Virus genome (UHGV): UHGV-0281096
Origin: a virus
DNA: 24,424 nt
Direction: 5' to 3' (one strand)
In this document: positions 20,286 to 24,424 of the stretch, piece after piece
Numbering within the stretch: position 1 is the first letter of the stretch
How the letters are laid out: the number at the start of each line of letters is the position of its first letter
Position numbers and translations under genes: made by a program
Notes under the pieces: generated by a model
The model's database searches: none
Told to the model about the DNA's origin: nothing
The model's input: the letters and a program-made list of their open reading frames with translations, nothing else

Positions 20286-20735
20286 CTATTTTTTAAGGTA
20301 ATAATCATCAAAATCGCAAGAAGCGGATATCACAGAACTTGAATCCATAGAAAAAGACAGGGTTTCGCATGCCTTTCCGGCCTGATGATATGCATGGATA
20401 TCACCGGATACATATCCTCCTGTAGAAAACAACGATTTTTCACCGTTTTTTTCTACAAGAATGTGCTTATCTGAATCATTAATAAACCAAATGGAAATAG
20501 AGTGACTTTCGCCAAGGTCTGTTCTATTGAACACCTTAGGTTGGGTACCCTTGACAGCATTTTCGGCTCGCATAATCAGTTCAGCGCTTTTTTTGCTATT
20601 TTTTTGTTCTGTATAGATTTTGTCTGCCACAAAATAAACAATGGCAATGGCTAACAAAGATAGGGAAATCAGCAATGCCTTTTTAATCAATTTTTTGGCA
20701 TCCCTGTAAATCTCAACTGATAATTTTTCACTCAC
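20286..20735 (-). CDS. Membrane-anchored protein of unknown function (candidate superinfection-exclusion-type moron)
   Basis: Minus-strand ORF; likely start GTG at 20735 with AAGGAGG 5 nt upstream (track ATG 20789 has no RBS); single N-terminal TM segment ALLISLSLLAIAIVYFVADKIY; about 110-aa C-terminal domain with two Cys; locally AT-rich. Confidence 0.5.
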   Translation of the reverse strand: MSEKLSVEIYRDAKKLIKKALLISLSLLAIAIVYFVADKIYTEQKNSKKSAELIMRAENAVKGTQPKVFNRTDLGESHSISIWFINDSDKHILVEKNGEKSLFSTGGYVSGDIHAYHQAGKACETLSFSMDSSSVISASCDFDDYYLKK

Positions 20736-20810
20736 ACCAACCTCCTTAGTTTTGAGCAGGATACCAGATGATGTATGGAGAGGCATCATCTACTGGTGAT
20801 AGAACGATGA

Positions 20811-20839
20811 TTGCAGATTGATATTACGATCTGTACACT
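20811..20839 (+). promoter_or_regulatory. Candidate sigma70 promoter for the toxin-antitoxin-like operon
   Basis: TTGCAG - 17 nt - TACACT about 30 nt upstream of ATG 20872; moderate match only. Confidence 0.3.
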
Positions 20840-20871
20840 TCCAGTAGAACCGTGTGTTCTCTGGAGGCGAT

Positions 20872-21525
20872 ATGGACAACATCTACATAGCTAGTTTTGG
20901 TGATATAGACATTCGTTTTGTTAATGTCGACGATGATGTGTTTGTGTCTCAAGGGGATTTTGTCCGTGCAATGGAGTCGTGTCTCACTGATGATATGAAA
21001 CACATAGCTGGTATTTTCATCAGTGGTGGTGTGAGAATTGTTGGCGATTCTAGTGATAGCCGCTCTGCAATACTTGGCGACAGTCTAATTGGGCCAGCTA
21101 TTCATTTTCATGCGGTAGGCAATATTCTTACCTCATTGGTTGAAATGAGTAATGAGGAAAACCCCTCTTTAAGAGAGAGTTGTTATCGCATGAATAGCTT
21201 ATTGCAGTGGTACACGATAGCTTTATCCAAGGCCGATGAGTATTTTGGTCGTGATGTTGTTGACTTGCTATCTTCAGTAAAAAGGCGTCTTGATCGACTT
21301 AACGCTCCATATACCGTAAACGTCCTTCATGATGGGGGTGTTTGGGTTGCAACATGCGATGAGCTTGGATTAGTTACAGAAGCTCCAGATTATGAATCTC
21401 TTACTGAAAGAGTGTGGGATGTCGCTGGAGATATGCTGGTTGAGAATGGTATAGATCAAGACGTAGAAAGCCTGCGCTTTTCCTTCGTTCAGGAGCAGGT
21501 GTCTGATGACAGGATGGCGCTATAA
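20872..21525 (+). CDS. Two-domain protein: N-terminal Bro-N-like domain fused to C-terminal HicB-fold (UPF0150) antitoxin-like domain
   Basis: ATG 20872 with GGAGG upstream; N-terminus IASFGDIDIRFVNVDDDVFVSQGDFVRAM resembles Bro-N pattern; C-terminal YTVNVLHDGGVWVATCDELGLVTEAPDYESLTERVWDVAGDML fits HicB N-domain pattern. Confidence 0.6.
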   Translation: MDNIYIASFGDIDIRFVNVDDDVFVSQGDFVRAMESCLTDDMKHIAGIFISGGVRIVGDSSDSRSAILGDSLIGPAIHFHAVGNILTSLVEMSNEENPSLRESCYRMNSLLQWYTIALSKADEYFGRDVVDLLSSVKRRLDRLNAPYTVNVLHDGGVWVATCDELGLVTEAPDYESLTERVWDVAGDMLVENGIDQDVESLRFSFVQEQVSDDRMAL

Positions 21526-21528
21526 GAA

Positions 21529-21726
21529 ATGGGGCAGGGGCTTTATCCAGAACTGAAAGAGTTATTGTTGTCCTACAACTGTTATTTTGTGCGTCAGGGT
21601 AAAGGTAGCCATGAGATATGGCGAAGCCCTATCACGAAAAAGGCATTTAGCGTTCCATTTACTATAGTTTCAAGGCATACGGCTAACGCAATTCTTCGCC
21701 AGGCAGGAATAAACAAGAAAATTTAA
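21529..21726 (+). CDS. HicA-family toxin (predicted mRNA interferase)
   Basis: 65 aa; ELKELLLSYNCYFVRQGKGSHEIWRSPITKKAFSVP...ANAILRQAGI matches HicA/YcfA-like consensus including conserved GSH; starts 3 nt after upstream stop. Confidence 0.7.
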   Translation: MGQGLYPELKELLLSYNCYFVRQGKGSHEIWRSPITKKAFSVPFTIVSRHTANAILRQAGINKKI

Positions 21727-21750
21727 CCCACCGTCAGGTGGGTTTTTTTA
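21726..21750 (+). terminator. Rho-independent terminator after the HicA-like gene
   Basis: ACCCACC-GTCA-GGTGGGT followed by TTTTTTT. Confidence 0.65.
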
Positions 21751-21781
21751 TCTTCTCTACTTTAAAGATTAAGGAAATACC

Positions 21782-21967
21782 ATGACCATAGAAGAACGTC
21801 TGAACAACATTGAGTTGAATCAAACCCTGCTTGACCAGCGACTTTCAGATCTTGAGCTTAAAGATCTAGATGTGCAAATATCAGAAGCAGAAGCCAAGCT
21901 CTCCAGCTTAAACCACCGCAGGAAGCAAATCCGCGACAGAATTACTCGTGGACGCGGAGGCTGTTAA
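21782..21967 (+). CDS. Small coiled-coil protein, unknown function
   Basis: 61 aa; AAGGA RBS; heptad-like Leu spacing, basic C-terminus ending GRGGC. Confidence 0.4.
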   Translation: MTIEERLNNIELNQTLLDQRLSDLELKDLDVQISEAEAKLSSLNHRRKQIRDRITRGRGGC

Positions 21968-22044
21968 GGTGTGATGGTAATCCTTGCTCACTAAATTTAA
22001 GGATGCGAATCTTTCCGGCCATAGGAGTAATCATGATTTACCCA

Positions 22045-22581
22045 TCAAACAACCCACCAGTTTGCCTGATTGGATACCAGCCTTGCAGTTTTTATGGAAT
22101 TAATTATGCCATGCTCAAGAGCCTTGTTAGCATCCAAAATGGTCGAGTCTGCTATCAGGGATGCCCACCTAATATGGGTTCCGATGTCGATATTGAACGT
22201 CTCAACGAAGCGATCAAGATCGTTATCGAGGCATTTCCCGTACTCTCTCAATCTGGCATGGTCGGCGGCTGGGGAGGCAAAGCACCATAATAGAGGATGT
22301 AACAGGAATCTTGATAATGGGTTTGCGAAACGTTCTGAGCCAGCCAGGAAAACGATATTAGCTATGGATTCAACATTGCTTATGTTGTGAGTTCTAACGG
22401 TAACAGGGAGTGACTTAAGAAAGTTATACGCAGTAAAGCCAGCGGCAGTTTCCCCTCCCTGACTTGATATATGGATATTTAATTCAGTTGCGCCTTGAGA
22501 TAATGCGGTGAGACAGTGGTTCTGAAGTTGCCCAACAGTGGCAGTGTTAACGGGGCATAAGAAATGAATTGTGTGCAGCAT
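22045..22581 (-). CDS. ClpP-fold (S14-like) serine peptidase
   Basis: 178 aa; hand alignment to E. coli ClpP core: IHISSQGGETAAG vs YINSPGGVITAG, ESIANIVFLAG vs ASMGAFLLTAG (Ser), FLLHPL vs MIHQPL (His), ADSTILDANKALEHG vs RDRFLSAPEAVEYG (Asp); TAATG overlap with mnt stop. Confidence 0.7.
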   Translation of the reverse strand: MLHTIHFLCPVNTATVGQLQNHCLTALSQGATELNIHISSQGGETAAGFTAYNFLKSLPVTVRTHNISNVESIANIVFLAGSERFANPLSRFLLHPLLWCFASPAADHARLREYGKCLDNDLDRFVETFNIDIGTHIRWASLIADSTILDANKALEHGIINSIKTARLVSNQANWWVV

Positions 22582-22835
22582 TATTTATCATCCTTGCCAT
22601 AAATCTTTTTAAGTGTCTCAAACACAACGGCCTTGAACTGCTCTGCTTGCTGATCAGCCAAGCGTTCAGCTTCGTCTCGATAGCCTGCACTCGGTGATGG
22701 CTTTGAGAGAGCATCCTGAACGATTTGTAATAACTCAGAGTTCATTGACCTTCCGTTAGCCTCTGCTCTTAATTTCAATTTTTCTCTTACTTCCAAAGGC
22801 ATACGGAAGTTAAAGTGCGGATCGTCTCTAGCCAT
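22581..22835 (-). CDS. mnt: Mnt repressor (Arc/MetJ ribbon-helix-helix)
   Basis: 84 aa MARDDPHFNFRMPLEVREKLKLRAEANGRSMNSELLQIVQDAL... very close to P22 Mnt as recalled. Confidence 0.85.
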   Translation of the reverse strand: MARDDPHFNFRMPLEVREKLKLRAEANGRSMNSELLQIVQDALSKPSPSAGYRDEAERLADQQAEQFKAVVFETLKKIYGKDDK

Positions 22836-22858
22836 GCCATCACTCCAAGTTAGTATCT

Positions 22859-23116
22859 CTAACTTTCGTCTTTATTGTTGCTATACATGCATTTCAACTT
22901 CTCAACATCATGTTCAAGATCTATCAATCGTGATGCTATAGTTGCAAGGTCTAGTGCTTGAATGTGTTTATTTTTTTCGGTCCATGCTTCAAGTGCCGCG
23001 ACCATCTCAGCATTTAATGAACGAGAATTAGCCTCAGCCAGTTCAATAAGACGTTCCTTTATCTCTACAGGAAGCCTCAGATTCACTTGAGGGTTTTTGT
23101 ACTTACGATCAGACAT
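22859..23116 (-). CDS. Arc/Mnt-family RHH protein, paralog 2
   Basis: Start ATG 23116 (M3 of track ORF); PQVNLRLPVEIKERLIELAEANSRSLNAEMV is an RHH motif; divergent helical C-terminal region. Confidence 0.65.
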   Translation of the reverse strand: MSDRKYKNPQVNLRLPVEIKERLIELAEANSRSLNAEMVAALEAWTEKNKHIQALDLATIASRLIDLEHDVEKLKCMYSNNKDES

Positions 23117-23133
23117 CGGCACATCCTGAATAA

Positions 23134-23373
23134 TTATTTACCATACATGGTCTTTAGCGTCTCAAGTAGCGCCTCTTTGAATTTATCAGCTTCTTGGTTA
23201 GCGAATCCTTCAAGTGAGCGAGAGCCATCAAGATTATCAACATGTTTTTGAAGGATAAGCACGATCTCTGAGTTCATTGATCTGCCGTTTTTATCCGCTT
23301 CTTGCTGAATGCGTTTCTTTAAATAGTCTGGAATCCTAATCCCCAATGGACTGATATCTCTTGCACCTTTCAT
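23134..23373 (-). CDS. Chimeric RHH repressor: Arc-like N-terminus with Mnt-like C-terminus
   Basis: Start ATG 23373 with AGGAGG 5 nt upstream; N-terminus MKGARDISPLGIRIPDYLKKRIQQEADKNGRSMNSEIV parallels the arc product; C-terminus GFANQEADKFKEALLETLKTMYGK parallels Mnt C-terminus. Confidence 0.7.
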   Translation of the reverse strand: MKGARDISPLGIRIPDYLKKRIQQEADKNGRSMNSEIVLILQKHVDNLDGSRSLEGFANQEADKFKEALLETLKTMYGK

Positions 23374-23481
23374 TTCTCCTCCTGCACGCTGTGCATAGCT
23401 ACACAGTGTAGGCAAAAAAATTTTGACTTTAAATAAACACGGTGTAGTATTTAGTTATCACGGTGTAGCAAGTGAGGGGAA
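23374..23481. promoter_or_regulatory. Divergent Pant/Pmnt-like promoter-operator region
   Basis: TTGACT (23423-23428) - 16/17 nt - TAGTAT; direct repeats CACGGTGTAG at 23438-23447 and 23459-23468, degenerate copy CACAGTGTAG 23402-23411; imperfect palindrome CTGTGCATAGCTACACAG 23389-23406. Confidence 0.45.
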
Positions 23482-23622
23482 ATGAAAGTTAGAGACATCG
23501 CTCCATTAGGGATTCGTATCCCGCCAGAGATTAAAGAAAAATTGAAGGAAAAGGCTAAGGAGGAGGGCAGGTCTTTAAATTCAGAAATAGTGCAGCGTCT
23601 TATTCGCAGCCTAAAAAGTTGA
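23482..23622 (+). CDS. arc: Arc-like repressor (RHH)
   Basis: Not in ORF track (<60 aa). Hand translation [46 protein letters not shown]; GAGGGGA RBS; same family as P22 Arc, sequence diverged. Confidence 0.7.
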   Translation: MKVRDIAPLGIRIPPEIKEKLKEKAKEEGRSLNSEIVQRLIRSLKS

Positions 23623-23651
23623 AGCCCCAACTGCGGGAACAGTCAGGGCTT
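23621..23651 (-). terminator. Hairpin in arc-ant spacer acting as minus-strand terminator (candidate 3' end of a sar-like antisense RNA)
   Basis: GAAGCCC (23621-23627) / GGGCTTC (23645-23651); on the minus strand followed by AACTTTTTAGG. Confidence 0.35.
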
Positions 23652-23684
23652 CGGTTGTCAGTAAATCCGTGGAGAAAAACCAAC

Positions 23685-24424
23685 ATGAATAGTATAGCAA
23701 TTTTAGAAGCAGTGAACACCTCTTACGTACCATTCAACGGTCAGCAAATTATCACCGCCATTGCTGCCTGAGTTGCATATGTTGCGATGAAGCCAATCGT
23801 TGAAAACCTTGGAATGAGCTGGTCAACGCAGCAAACAAAACTCATGAAGCAGATTAGCAAATTCAACTGTGTTCATATGAACATGGTTGCCGCTGATGGG
23901 AAGCTTCGTAAGCTACTCTGCCTTCCTTTGAAGAAGTTAAATGGATGGCTGTTCAGCATCAACCCTGAGAAAGTTCGTGCTGACATCCGTGATAAACTGA
24001 TTCAGTACCAGGAGGAATGCTTTAGCGTGCTGCATGACTACTGGACTAAAGGCTATGTAGTTAACCCACGCAAATCTAAAAAGGCGTTGCCGGGTAAAAT
24101 CACCACTGAACAGCAGGAAGCCATTAAACAACTCGTCATGAGTCGCGGTCAGTCTCTGCCAAAAGAAAAACAGGCTAAGGCGATGATCACCATGTGGTCG
24201 TCACTGAAATCCCATTTTGGATGTTCGTACAAAGAAATCAGTGAGGAGCAGTTTACAGAAGCACTGTCACTTGCAGCTCGAGTTCCGCTTGAAGGTGAGT
24301 TCATCGGCAAACAAGAGAAGAAAACCAACGAGCTTTCTGCAAAAGAAGCAAACAGCCTTGTATGGTTATGGGATTATGCCAACCGCTCACAGGCATTATT
24401 CCGCGAACTGTATCCGGCGCTAAA
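23685..24424 (+). pseudogene. ant: Antirepressor Ant, interrupted by in-frame TGA at codon 29 (23769-23771); runs off window end
   Basis: ATG 23685 with GGAG upstream; [28 protein letters not shown]-stop; same frame stays open for 217 more codons to window end; translation is P22 Ant-like. Confidence 0.7.

Noticed and set aside
20736-20871. Alternative starts ATG 20789 (membrane protein, minus) and GTG 20854 (HicB-like gene, plus)
   Set aside because: Neither has a Shine-Dalgarno sequence; the internal GTG 20735 and ATG 20872 each follow a strong GGAGG.
22003-22390. Plus-strand ORFs (95 aa at 22003-22290, 106 aa at 22070-22390) overlapping the ClpP-fold gene
   Set aside because: The minus-strand frame gives a full-length match to the ClpP core with the catalytic residues; the plus-strand translations have no recognisable features.
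22045-22581. ClpP-fold gene as a prohead maturation protease
   Set aside because: P22/Sf6-type capsids assemble with a scaffold and no protease; the gene lies outside the morphogenesis block on the opposite strand and is coupled to mnt.
23937-24423. ORFs 23937-24131 (minus) and 24217-24423 (plus)
   Set aside because: Both lie in other frames inside the long ant reading frame, which has clear antirepressor-like translation.
1-24424. Window being phage lambda itself
   Set aside because: The nin, Q and lysis genes are lambda-like, but ninC/ninD are absent and the structural genes are P22/Sf6-type, with no Nu1, A, E or cos region.
1-24424. CRISPR arrays, tRNA or rRNA genes, integrase and att sites
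   Set aside because: No regularly spaced repeat array, no cloverleaf-like conserved tRNA features and no recombinase ORF were seen; the integration module is presumably outside this window.

Overview
This window is a contiguous piece of a temperate enterobacterial phage or prophage with a mosaic lambdoid / P22-like (Sf6/P22 podovirus) organisation, all read from the sequence and the supplied ORF translations with no database search. From left to right: a lambda-type nin region (ninB-ninE-ninF-ninG-ninH-ninI, with no ninC/ninD), the late antiterminator Q with a pR'/qut-like promoter and terminators, the lysis cassette S-R-Rz with embedded Rz1, a short moron stretch (KilA-N protein, gp49-like protein, small ORF), then a P22/Sf6-type morphogenesis block (small and large terminase, portal, scaffold, coat, gp4, gp10, gp26 tail needle, gp14, ejection proteins gp7/gp20/gp16). 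Downstream of gp16 lies an AT-rich accessory island that is the most interesting part: a reverse-strand membrane-anchored protein, a toxin-antitoxin-like pair (a HicB-fold protein with an extra N-terminal domain, followed by a HicA-family toxin), a small coiled-coil ORF, and a ClpP-fold serine peptidase translationally coupled to mnt. The island runs into an expanded immI-like region: three tandem Arc/Mnt-family repressor genes on the minus strand, a divergent arc, and an ant gene interrupted by an in-frame TGA at codon 29. No rRNA, tRNA, CRISPR array, integrase or att site was seen. All family calls rest on motif recognition from memory and need confirmation by search.
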